Shown here: positions 51,961 through 60,663 of the stretch, piece after piece
Numbering within the stretch: the first letter of the stretch is position 1
How the letters are laid out: each line of letters starts with the position of its first letter
Assembly (NCBI GenBank): GCA_047285305.1
Contig: JBJBDL010000003.1
Span: forward strand, 1,568,001-1,632,000
DNA from: Synechococcus sp.
Lineage (GTDB): Bacteria > Cyanobacteriota > Cyanobacteriia > PCC-6307 > Cyanobiaceae
Direction of reading: 5' to 3'
Length of the DNA: 64,000 nt
Notes under the pieces: generated by a model
Told to the model about the DNA's origin: nothing
The model's database searches: none
The model's input: the letters and a program-made list of their open reading frames with translations, nothing else
Translations under genes and position numbers: made by a program

Positions 51961-52605
51961 TTGGCCGCAAGTCAGACCATCGCCGACAGCAAACGAGCTT
52001 TTCATCAGGCCTTTCCCCACGTCATTGCGCCGCTATACCGCCGCCTTGCTGATGAGCTGCTGGTAGAGCTGCATCTGCTTAGCCATCAAAGTCGATTTGA
52101 AGCCAACGGTCTGTTCAGCGTTGGACTCTGCACGGTGTTTGACACCTTCACCAAGGGCTATCGACCCGAAGCGCAGACCGAGGCATTATTCAGTGCCCTG
52201 TGCAGCAGCAATGGCTTCGACGCAGCGAAGCTGCGCAGAACAAACGCTTCACTGATTGACCAGGCCAAGGGCAAGGATCTCGAGACCCTAAAAAGCTTCC
52301 TGTCATCCCACAGCCTCAAAGAGGGCAGCCATTACTCGCGTTTGATGGCCGTTGGACTGATGAGCCTGCTCAAGGCTGCAGCGGATGAAACCGGTTCGGA
52401 CACCGAGGCCATCGTCAAACAGAGCAAGGAACTTGCTGAGGGCCTTGGTTTGCCCACCGATCGCGTCGAGAAGGATCTGACGCTGTTTGGCTCCAACAGT
52501 GAACGGATGGATCAGGCCGTTGAGCTGGTGGAAGAGACCATCGCTGCCGAGAAGCGCAAGAAGGAACGTCGCTTGGAAGAGCAGGCTCAACGCACGTCCA
52601 GCTGA
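51961..52605 (+). CDS. psb29: PSII biogenesis protein Psb29/Thf1
   Basis: TIADSKRAF, YRRLADELLVELHLL, YSRLMAVGL. Confidence 0.92.
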   Translation: MAASQTIADSKRAFHQAFPHVIAPLYRRLADELLVELHLLSHQSRFEANGLFSVGLCTVFDTFTKGYRPEAQTEALFSALCSSNGFDAAKLRRTNASLIDQAKGKDLETLKSFLSSHSLKEGSHYSRLMAVGLMSLLKAAADETGSDTEAIVKQSKELAEGLGLPTDRVEKDLTLFGSNSERMDQAVELVEETIAAEKRKKERRLEEQAQRTSS

Positions 52606-52645
52606 AGCCGAAGCCATCCGGGCTGGTGCTGCTTCGGCAGTGCCG

Positions 52646-53877
52646 TCATCTCAAGCTCCAGTGAGGTGCCTTGCCAAGCAACAGCGACAACCCCAACCGA
52701 GCCAATTGATCCGGTCGTGCTCGAAGGCGAAGCTGCTGTTGGCCCATCCGTTTCAGCGGATCGCTGAGGAGGTTCAGGGCATCCCCCAGGGCAAGCAGCA
52801 ACTCAACTTGGCCTGGAAGTGAAGAACCCAGCGACCAACCACCTTGGGGATGGCCCTGGGGATCCAAGCAAACAACATTGACACGGTTTGAGGGTCGACC
52901 ATCCGGAGACAAAGAGGGGCGTTCAACCCGTTGAAACCCACGCTTCAACAAGGCGGTGGCAGCGGCACCAAGACCTCGCTTGGTCATGTCGATTACACCA
53001 GCAACCAGCATCAACCTGGTTTGAATCGCAACCTGGAAACGACCAGACTCCAGCTCATCCAGCCGTACAAGGACAGGTGCATTGAGCAGAACATCGCGCA
53101 ATTGCTTTGGCAGTCCAAAACGACTGTGGAGTTGTTCTGCGATCAGTGAATTGTTGAACAAGTATCCCAGCAGCGGCTGCAGGGAAACGATGTTGAGCTC
53201 CAGGTAGGCCGACGGCGGATCGAAGCGAACGAAATTGGCTTGGTGTTCCGGGTGGTGAGCCTGCAGGGACGCGAAGGGGCTGGAGGCCACAGGCCCTTCA
53301 GCCATCAGACGATCGCCCTGAAGCGCAACACGCAGGCAGCCATGCGACACGCTCGCCAAGACGGGGAAAAAGAACCGCTGATCGAGGCCAAGCTCTAGGG
53401 TTGCCACTGAATGGCTGATCCGCTGGTCAACAGCCGTAAGCAGCTCTGTTCCATGGTCGAGGGCTACCGTCGCTTGAACGACGGAAGTTGATCAAAACTG
53501 CTGCGGTGCAGTTCATCAGCAAACAGCAGATCCAGAGCAGACGAATGCAATGCGGACGGAAGAGCCAGAAGGGGTTCACCGTCGTCCAGCCAGATCAGCC
53601 ACCAGTTGACGCGACCATGACGGGCCCAGCGATCAGGGGCTTCCGAAGAACCAAGCCGCTGCTGCCAAAACTTCGGTACCGGTGCAGCTGGGTCCGCCTC
53701 AAAACTCTGAACCAACCGTGCCCTCCGACTGATCTCAAACAGCTCTGCTGTTCCACCGCGATTCAGGGAAGGCGTATGCAGGCTGAAGGTGCTCAGCAGC
53801 AAGGCGGATAAAAAAGCACAACCCCAAAAGAAGGGCTGTGCGGGGGTGATGTGCAAATTGGCGTCGGATGGACGCAA
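52646..53877 (-). pseudogene. Decayed hypothetical membrane-anchored gene
   Basis: Protein-like sequence continues through in-frame TAG at 53464-53466 and 53395-53397, then shifts frame near the A-run at ~53367-53371 into ORF 52646-53407. Confidence 0.7.
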
Positions 53878-54027
53878 TCAGGAGGACGACTTGGTTGACC
53901 CTTGACGGCGTCGACGGTCTCTCCATTCGATCGTTGAGAGATAGATCACGGCAACGCTGACGAAGACAAGAAGCACAGCTGCCGTGACCGCCAGGGTCTG
54001 GCTGAGAAGGGGTGCGTCTTGAAGCAC
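53878..54027 (-). CDS. 49-aa single-TM protein downstream of petN
   Basis: Hand translation MLQDAPLLSQTLAVTAAVLLVFVSVAVIYLSTIEWRDRRRRQGSTKSSS. Confidence 0.75.
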   Translation of the reverse strand: MLQDAPLLSQTLAVTAAVLLVFVSVAVIYLSTIEWRDRRRRQGSTKSSS

Positions 54028-54035
54028 AGCTTCGA

Positions 54036-54137
54036 TCAGAAATTCAGGGTGCCGTCACCATTGCGTCCCCAGACGACCATGGCTATGGAAAAACTGAACA
54101 TGGCTGCCAAGGACGCCCAACCCAGAGTGAACAACAT
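54036..54137 (-). CDS. petN: Cytochrome b6f subunit PetN
   Basis: Hand translation [33 protein letters not shown]. Confidence 0.95.
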   Translation of the reverse strand: MLFTLGWASLAAMFSFSIAMVVWGRNGDGTLNF

Positions 54138-54209
54138 CCGCTTGACCACTTGACTGGTGTGATCCTACCTAGGGTTCAGCACCTTTACGTCCGCCCGAAG
54201 GCATCTGTC

Positions 54210-54506
54210 ATGACCAGCTCCAGCCCCGGTTCATTAGCAGTGCTGGAGCGTCAGGGAACAACCCAGCGCTACCCCCAGGCTCGCGTGATCGTTCTGGACG
54301 ACGATGTGAACACCTTCCAGCACGTGGTGGATTGCCTGCGCAAGATCATTCCAGGCATGAGTGAGGACAACGCCTGGAACCTCGCCAACAGGATTGATGG
54401 GCAAGGTGCGGCTGAAGTTTGGTGCGGCCCCCTGGAGCAGGCCGAGCTGTACCACCAGCAGCTTCAGGCCGAGGGCTTAACGATGGCCCCTCTGGAACGC
54501 TGCTGA
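54210..54506 (+). CDS. clpS: Clp protease adaptor ClpS
   Basis: VIVLDDDVNTFQHVV, GPLEQAELY. Confidence 0.92.
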   Translation: MTSSSPGSLAVLERQGTTQRYPQARVIVLDDDVNTFQHVVDCLRKIIPGMSEDNAWNLANRIDGQGAAEVWCGPLEQAELYHQQLQAEGLTMAPLERC

Positions 54507-54507
54507 G

Positions 54508-54738
54508 TCAGGCCGCCGGCTTGCGGCTGGCTTTGGTAAGGCGCAGCAGATCAGCCACCTGCAGACGCTGCAGCTGCTCGTCCATCACGAAACGCACCAC
54601 ACGGCCAGGGCACAAGGCCAGGCCCCGAACCTCCGTTCCGTGAATCTCAGCGGTGAGCATGCGGGCCTGGGGGCCGCATGCATCCTGAAGCGGTCCGCTA
54701 ATCACGTGGCGGAGAGCATCTACTGATTTCAGCATCAC
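54508..54738 (-). CDS. Conserved hypothetical protein
   Basis: 76 aa, EVRGLALCPGRVVRFV; fits gene packing. Confidence 0.7.
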   Translation of the reverse strand: MMLKSVDALRHVISGPLQDACGPQARMLTAEIHGTEVRGLALCPGRVVRFVMDEQLQRLQVADLLRLTKASRKPAA

Positions 54739-54809
54739 AGCCCCGGAGCGCTCTCTCTGGCATAGCCAAAGTGGCTAACTTTCACCAGTTCTCGGGTTTT
54801 CGTTCAGCT

Positions 54810-55085
54810 TTGGGCCGGGTCGTCATCACCCACAGCACCTATGTGGACGGCTTGATCCCATGGCTGAAGGCCCTGTCCCATGAGACGGAGATCCAGACAA
54901 TCACCCCTGCCGTGATCAGCCGGGTGCGTGGCCGCAGTCCTGAACTGCAGCTTCGGGTGTCCACCACGATCACAGGGGGATACAAGCTGGTGGCCCGCAA
55001 GGGGACATCAGCCCAAGAAGTCTTTGTGGTGACTTCGATGAGTCGGCCAGACCTGGAACAGGCAGTCCTCCATCACCGCCCCTGA
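54810..55085 (+). CDS. DUF2103 family protein
   Basis: GRVVITHSTYVDGLIPWL, ARKGTSAQEVFVVT. Confidence 0.85.
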   Translation: MGRVVITHSTYVDGLIPWLKALSHETEIQTITPAVISRVRGRSPELQLRVSTTITGGYKLVARKGTSAQEVFVVTSMSRPDLEQAVLHHRP

Positions 55086-55442
55086 AGGGGGTTGGCCTGA
55101 CTCGAATCCGGCAGCACGACAAGCCTCAGGATGACCAACGGCAACGCTGAGATCTCGGGCACAGAGTTCAGCACTATCGGATCCGCGAAAACATTGGGGA
55201 AGGATGGCTCGGCATGCGACTTAAGCGTCATCCAACAGAAAGATGACAGCTTCGAGCGCGGGGCTACCAAGCAACTCACAAGCAGTGCGCTTGCTACTAG
55301 CCCGAAAACGGGTGAGAAGAATGAAACCAGTACGGAAGGATGGAAAGTGAAGTGATGCGGAAAAGTGATTCTCAACAACACCGACAATCAACAAATTCAA
55401 TTAGCGAACGAATTTGATTCCCTGAATCCATGCACAGTGACA

Positions 55443-55562
55443 TCAACCATTGGCGTCAGATGCAGGAATCTTGAATTCCATGAACAGCGCTTCGGCATCG
55501 GCATATTCTTTCTTTTCGCGCAAATAAAAGACATGAGCTTTCCACCAATCCCAGGTTTCCAT
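55443..55562 (-). CDS. 39-aa hypothetical micro-protein
   Basis: Hand translation METWDWWKAHVFYLREKKEYADAEALFMEFKIPASDANG. Confidence 0.5.
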   Translation of the reverse strand: METWDWWKAHVFYLREKKEYADAEALFMEFKIPASDANG

Positions 55563-55722
55563 TTGAATCAGTTCGTCCAGGCGTGGATCACGCATCGCAG
55601 CACTGCAACCGAGCAAACGCTAAGGACAGGCAAAGCGCTGACAAGCTTTGTTCACACAGCCGTAAGCATCATCGACTACACAACAGTACAGGGGTAGCCT
55701 TGATGGCTGAAGCGATCGATCC

Positions 55723-55989
55723 ATGCCCCTCGAAATTGCCGTCAAACAAGGGCAACAAACAATGGAGAGCATGGGCAGTTTCGACGACCTCGAAGACGCG
55801 TTGACTGAATTCAACGAATTGATCAACCGTCGAAACTGGCATCAGAGCGTGACCACCATCTCGCTGACCGACACCGATAAAAACAAATGTCTCGCCCAGT
55901 ACGCCCTCCAGGAGTTCAACCACTCCGAAGACTTGCCCCACGAAGAATCTCAACCCCAACCCAGACGCAACGAATCTAGAGTGCAATAA
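55723..55989 (+). CDS. Conserved hypothetical protein
   Basis: 88 aa ORF with normal codon use, GSFDDLEDALTEFNELINRRNW. Confidence 0.7.
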   Translation: MPLEIAVKQGQQTMESMGSFDDLEDALTEFNELINRRNWHQSVTTISLTDTDKNKCLAQYALQEFNHSEDLPHEESQPQPRRNESRVQ

Positions 55990-56006
55990 ATGCGGAAAAC
56001 TTCAGC

Positions 56007-56099
56007 ATGAATGGCAAACTTCTGGTGATCGGCATTGGCTCATTCTTCCTTCTATTTTTTGCGGCCGAGTCTTGGTTAATGAGGGGCCTGCCCCACTAA
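56007..56099 (+). CDS. 30-aa single-TM peptide
   Basis: Hand translation MNGKLLVIGIGSFFLLFFAAESWLMRGLPH. Confidence 0.45.
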   Translation: MNGKLLVIGIGSFFLLFFAAESWLMRGLPH

Positions 56100-56265
56100 G
56101 CACAGCTGATACTTGTAAAGCAGTGACAAGAGCGGAGACAAGAAAAGTCACCCAGTGAATCAAGTCAGAAATAACCTTTCATAATATTGACGCACAAACC
56201 AATAGATATTGACTTGCTGATGATTTGGAACAGTCAAAGCCGCGTATCAAATTCAACAAGCAAAG

Positions 56266-56316
56266 GGGGTGAACCGCCATGCCGTGTGAGCCCCAGTGGT
56301 CGACCTGGAAGAACCA
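56266..56316 (-). repeat. Displaced 3' fragment of the 6S RNA gene (att direct repeat)
   Basis: 51 bp, 50/51 identical to 58325-58375. Confidence 0.95.
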
Positions 56317-56570
56317 TGAGGTTCAGCAAGCCTGATAAGAACCGGACAAACGGGTTTTTGACGCCAGCGTGGGGGTCGTTGTGGGGGTCAGATGTCATTT
56401 CGAGTGGGTCAAGAAAGCGGGCGCAAGGGTTGGAGAGGATTAGAGATAAAATTCGCTATTTTCGTGAAGCATTAGAGAATGCAAGATAAAAATGTATTCT
56501 GTTGTGCTGTACAGGATGATTGTTTTCCAAGCAAATATAGGCCCCATTTGTGCTAGCTTTAAAAGAGTAT

Positions 56571-56708
56571 TTATTCTGTCGGGAGATTGTCGCCCTTGTG
56601 TTGCGGCAACTCGGTGGATGCAGGCGTCTTCGCCTTACGGCTGAAGATCAGCTTTGCGATGACAAAGGCAATCGCAATGGCGCCCAGCAGAAAGCCAAGA
56701 AGCTCCAT
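56571..56708 (-). CDS. 45-aa single-TM micro-protein (paralog of 4067-4198)
   Basis: MELLGFLLGAIAIAFVIAKLIFSRKAKTPASTELPQHKGDNLPTE. Confidence 0.75.
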   Translation of the reverse strand: MELLGFLLGAIAIAFVIAKLIFSRKAKTPASTELPQHKGDNLPTE

Positions 56709-57379
56709 AACTGATCAGGCTTCGATTTCAGCCTTCTCGTCAGCTTTCTGAGAAACCTCTGTGGAAGTTTGCTCAGCTGTCTCGGCGTTGTGGTGACAGG
56801 CGTTGGCGCCGCCAACGAAAACCAGCACAGCCATGACCGCGGCGATCACCACAGCGGCACGGACGCGCAGGACGCAGTACGAAGCACTGAAGTCAGCCGT
56901 GTTCAGGTGTTTCATGCCGGTGAAGCTAACGGCGTTTTGAAACCGTAAGCGGGTCATTTGATACGGGTCGGCTCAGACCCTTGAAACGGCCACCGTTATC
57001 GACGGATGAGAGATCTCTCTGAGAAACCAAGAGACGTCTCGTCGGTAGTCCGCGATACCACTGAACAGACGTTCACGGAATTTTCTGGAAACTAAAACCT
57101 GTCGAAAAAGTCGCTGCAAACTCCCACGCGAGACCCCATATTTGGTGCCCAGGCAGGAGACGCGTATCACGTGTCACTGTCCAGGCAGTACCAGGAGAGC
57201 GATCTGGTAACTGGCAGAAATAGCTCCCTTGGCACGAGCGATTGCCAGGGGAAGCTTTCTGCGGTCTTCAAATCTCTGAAGAGAGTTAGTGCATTTGCAT
57301 CAATCGCCTGTATAGCGGCGAACTTGTTCAAGCGGATACCGCATCGCTCGGGCAGAACAGCGTTCTACTCGCGGTTCCG
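56605..57379. repeat. Dispersed repeat copy 2 (copy 1 at 4095-4871)
   Basis: Hand alignment, offset 52510 then 52508 after the indel. Confidence 0.97.
56715..56915 (-). CDS. Small secreted CHH protein (paralog of 4205-4405)
   Basis: ...AVLVFVGGANA|CHHNAETAEQTSTEVSQKADEKAEIEA. Confidence 0.7.
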   Translation of the reverse strand: MKHLNTADFSASYCVLRVRAAVVIAAVMAVLVFVGGANACHHNAETAEQTSTEVSQKADEKAEIEA

Positions 57380-57467
57380 CAATTCTTCTCCCTTGTATCG
57401 GTAAGCGGCTGTTAGCCCACCGATAGAAGGGGTTGGCCTTTCTTATGCGCCAAGGATGGCAGCGAAT

Positions 57468-57641
57468 TCAGCTGTGAAGCAGGAACGCCAGGACATAGCC
57501 AATCACTAGACCTTTGCCAAAGGTGAGGCAGAGCATTTGGTACTTGCTCAGACCAAACCGCTGCCTGATCCGTTTGAGGAACGTCTTATGCCAGAGAACG
57601 AGCAAGTTGCCCGTTTTCTCTTTTTTGGATTTCTTGACCAT
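57468..57641 (-). CDS. 57-aa basic protein with C-terminal TM
   Basis: Hand translation MVKKSKKEKTGNLLVLWHKTFLKRIRQRFGLSKYQMLCLTFGKGLVIGYVLAFLLHS; AGGG RBS before ATG. Confidence 0.7.
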   Translation of the reverse strand: MVKKSKKEKTGNLLVLWHKTFLKRIRQRFGLSKYQMLCLTFGKGLVIGYVLAFLLHS

Positions 57642-57661
57642 CCCTAAAGGATGGCAGCAGT

Positions 57662-57910
57662 TCAGACCCTTGGGCAGATGTGAGTCACCAGGTCGGCGTT
57701 GACCCAGTTGATGACGCCGGTATCGACATCAGCCACTTGGAACAGCGTTGGAACCTTTGGGTTTCTGGCACCGCCATCGACCCAAATCACATCAGCCATC
57801 CGCCAGGCACCTTCCGTGTCAGTGACGATCACGGTCATTCCTGCTTTGACGTGCAGGAACACGGGATCCGACTTGGGCGCTGCAAAGGCGCTTGCATGAT
57901 CGACCGGCAT
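57662..57910 (-). CDS. DUF3104 domain protein (82 aa)
   Basis: PVFLHVKAGMTVIV...GGARNPKVPTLFQVADVDTGVINWVNADLVTHI. Confidence 0.88.
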   Translation of the reverse strand: MPVDHASAFAAPKSDPVFLHVKAGMTVIVTDTEGAWRMADVIWVDGGARNPKVPTLFQVADVDTGVINWVNADLVTHICPRV

Positions 57911-57922
57911 ACCCTTCTTACT

Positions 57923-57936
57923 GGTACACCTGTATT
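57923..57936. promoter_or_regulatory. Putative LexA box upstream of DUF3104
   Basis: GGTACACCTGTATT, one mismatch to RGTACNNNDGTWCB. Confidence 0.5.
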
Positions 57937-57941
57937 AGTAC

Positions 57942-58000
57942 AGGAAGGAGGGGTTGGGCAACGGAAACAGCCTGAAGAAAACAGGAGGCTTCGGCGAAGC
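57942..58000 (+). ncRNA. Possible Yfr2-family sRNA
   Basis: 5' AGGAAGGAG, stem TTGGGC/GCCTGA enclosing loop AACGGAAACA, second GAAAACA, 3' GCTTC/GAAGC hairpin. Confidence 0.35.
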
Positions 58001-58324
58001 ATTCAAATGGCAGGCGCATCTTGACCCTGCAGGCATGAGGGATCTGCTTGCCGCTGGGAGTCGAGGACCACTTGGCCTCCTCCCACACCAATGGGGAGTC
58101 GAGGTCCATTAGGCCTCTTCCCCACACCTTTCAAAAACCAGCAGAAATTTCTGGAGTCCTTATGCGTATGGACATGGGACTGAAATGCCCCCATACCCCT
58201 CTTCGTTCTGATGCGACAAAGAGCCAATTCGTTTGTACGACTCCATAAGCCCCACTGATCAAATTTGTGGGGTTTTTGTGGGGGTTTCTCAGGTCAACAA
58301 AACCCGAGACTCATTGGTATTAAA

Positions 58325-58508
58325 GGGGTGAACCGCCATGCCGTGCGAGCCCCAGTGGTCGACCTGGAAGAACCAGAAGGGGCAACAAAGTGGGGTTTCG
58401 TTTCCGGCTGCATGGCCGGTCTACGTCACCGTCACGACAGTCTCCCCAAGTCGAAAGAGAGTCAGATCAGAGCACTAGAAAAAGGCCGTCACCAACACAG
58501 CAGTTCAT
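58325..58508 (-). ncRNA. ssaA: 6S RNA (6Sa)
   Basis: Immediately downstream of purK (conserved cyanobacterial locus); ~185 nt; terminal stem GAACTGCTGTGTTG / CGGCATGGCGGTTC. Confidence 0.88.
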
Positions 58509-58516
58509 AACCAACT

Positions 58517-59677
58517 CTAGTCCTGACTCTCGCTCTCGAGGGGCCAGATCCGGCGAATGGCGGCAAGTGCTGACTCAGCCTCATCACGCCGCTTGAGGAG
58601 CGTGTCACCCTCGAGCAGCAGCGTCACATGCCCCAACTTGCGGCCCGGGGTTTCCGGTGACTTGCCGTACCAGTGCAGATGCAGCCCCGGGATGGCCTCC
58701 ACGGCCTCAAGCCGCTGATCCAAAGGAGGATGACGCTCGGGGGCCAAGCCGAGAAGGTTGACCATTAAGGCACCACGGCTTTTGAGCTGGGGATCAGGCA
58801 CGGGAAGGCCAGCCGCGATGCAGAGCTGCTGATCGAACTGACTGCTGGTGCAGGCCTCGATCGAGAAATGCCCGGAATTGTGGGTGCGTGGAGCAATTTC
58901 ATTCACCTGCAGGCCAGCTGGCCCATAGAAAAACTCCAGAGCCAACACCCCCACATAGCCGAGCTTCGTCATCAGAGAAGCCGCCACGTTGTAGGCCAGC
59001 GCACCAACCGAAGGATCCACGGGAGCAGGGGCCAAAACCCAGTCACAGACTTGTCGGTGTTGGTGGGTTTGCACCAGCGGAAAATGGCGGATCCGGCCGC
59101 GCTGATCGCGGCTGACCACGAGAGCCAACTCCAGCTCGTAGTCCACCCAGGATTCCAACAGCCAGTCGTCGGCGGGGACCGCCCGCAACAACTGCGCCAG
59201 GCCATCGATGTCGCGCAACACCACTGTGCCCTTGCCGTCGTAACCACCACGGGAGGCCTTGGCCATGACAGGGAATGTCCAGCCCTGAGGAAGCACGGGT
59301 TGGGCCGGTGAAAGCCAACTCAGCGGACACCAGGGCGGGCTCGGGATCGCCAGGTCGTCGAGCAGATGTCGCTGCGACAACTTGTCCACCAGGGGCGAAA
59401 GCGCAGCCAGCGATGGCTGGAAACGAACCCCCTGCTGCTCCAGCGGCAGAAGGGCATCGATATTGACCCACTCGTTCTCGAAGGTGATGCCGTCACAGCC
59501 CACCACCAGCTCCCGGGTCCCTGCCACATCCCGGGGATCCGCTACCACGAGGCGCGAGGCCAAACCAGCCGCGGGATCAGCTGCATCATGAGTTTGAACA
59601 GCGATGGGAACATCGCGTTGCGCGGCGGCCTGCACAAGCATCCGTGCCAGCTGACCACCTCCCACAACGCCGATCAT
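58517..59677 (-). CDS. purK: N5-carboxyaminoimidazole ribonucleotide synthase
   Basis: GGGQLARM, GGYDGKG, NEIAPRTHNSGH, GRKLGHVT. Confidence 0.96.
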   Translation of the reverse strand: MIGVVGGGQLARMLVQAAAQRDVPIAVQTHDAADPAAGLASRLVVADPRDVAGTRELVVGCDGITFENEWVNIDALLPLEQQGVRFQPSLAALSPLVDKLSQRHLLDDLAIPSPPWCPLSWLSPAQPVLPQGWTFPVMAKASRGGYDGKGTVVLRDIDGLAQLLRAVPADDWLLESWVDYELELALVVSRDQRGRIRHFPLVQTHQHRQVCDWVLAPAPVDPSVGALAYNVAASLMTKLGYVGVLALEFFYGPAGLQVNEIAPRTHNSGHFSIEACTSSQFDQQLCIAAGLPVPDPQLKSRGALMVNLLGLAPERHPPLDQRLEAVEAIPGLHLHWYGKSPETPGRKLGHVTLLLEGDTLLKRRDEAESALAAIRRIWPLESESQD

Positions 59678-59729
59678 CGTGTCCGAGCTGATGTCCGCAG
59701 CTTGCCACTTTGCAGGGTCGATGACAGTT

Positions 59730-60602
59730 TCAGCTCAGGGGCCGATCGCCGGCAAAGGCCAACCGGATCATGGTGAACAACAACACCAACAGGAACAGCG
59801 CCAGGCCCAGGGTGCAGGCGTAGCTGATCTCCAATTCGGCAAAGGCCTGGTCGTACACGTAATAAACGACGGTTCGCGTGGCATCCGCAGGACCTCCCTG
59901 CGTCATGAGGAACACTTCCTCGAACACCTTCGTGGCAGCGATCGACGACACCACGGCGACCAGGGTCACATAGGGACTCATCAAGGGCAGGGTGATGTCG
60001 AGATGCTTTCTCCAGCCCTCGCTGCCATCCAGCTCAGCCGCCTCATAGAGCTCCTGGGGAATGCCCTGCAGACCCGCCAGAAAAATCACCATGTAATAAC
60101 CAAGTCCCTTCCAGAGGGTCACCAACATCACTGCGGGCAGGGCCAGCTGCGGCGTGGTGAGAAAACCAATCGGGCTGAAGGCGTCACCGAGCAAGGCGCT
60201 CAACCATCCATTGATCAGTCCGTTCTCGGCATAGAGCCAGCGAAAGGCGATTGCTGCAACAACGATCGACACCAGCACCGGGGTGTAAAAAGCGCCCCGC
60301 AGAAGAGACCGACCGGGCAGCCCCTGGTTCACCAGCACCGCCAACGCCAGCGCCCCCAGAACGATGGGAGGCACCACACCAACCAGATAGAGGAAGGTGG
60401 TTATAAGCACCTGCCGCGCCATCGGATCCGACAGCAGGCGCTCCAGGTTGGCCAAACCAACAAAACGCAGGGGTTCACTGACATCCAGCCCCATGGTGGT
60501 GAAACTCATCACCAGAGCCATCAGTGCCGGCACCAGCACCGACAAACTGATCAGCACCACAGCCGGCAACATGAACGCCCAGGCCGAAAGGGAGTTGCGC
60601 AC
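59730..60602 (-). CDS. Sugar ABC transporter permease (LacF-like)
   Basis: WKGLGYYMVIFLAGLQGIP.ELYEAAELDG; start uncertain. Confidence 0.9.
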   Translation of the reverse strand: MRNSLSAWAFMLPAVVLISLSVLVPALMALVMSFTTMGLDVSEPLRFVGLANLERLLSDPMARQVLITTFLYLVGVVPPIVLGALALAVLVNQGLPGRSLLRGAFYTPVLVSIVVAAIAFRWLYAENGLINGWLSALLGDAFSPIGFLTTPQLALPAVMLVTLWKGLGYYMVIFLAGLQGIPQELYEAAELDGSEGWRKHLDITLPLMSPYVTLVAVVSSIAATKVFEEVFLMTQGGPADATRTVVYYVYDQAFAELEISYACTLGLALFLLVLLFTMIRLAFAGDRPLS

Positions 60603-60663
60603 TGATCTTTCGCGCACAGGACCAGCGACACTGTTGCGAGAGTAGGTCGGTTCCAACGGTTTC

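Larger units (their letters stand above)
56266..58375. mobile_element. Mini-island B integrated in the 3' end of 6S RNA; no integrase
   Basis: 51-bp direct repeats, GTGGGG(G)T tandem repeats inside both ends, lower GC, cassette shared with island A. Confidence 0.85.

Noticed and set aside
56187..56489. 100-aa ORF
   Set aside because: Runs across the att repeat and arm sites; not protein-like
58056..58108. 15-bp direct repeat GGGAGTCGAGG(A/T)CCA x2 as a mini-CRISPR
   Set aside because: Only two short units, no cas genes, no leader
58325..58508. tmRNA interpretation of the duplicated RNA end
   Set aside because: No tRNA-like T-arm/CCA end or tag frame; long terminal stem and purK linkage fit 6S RNA
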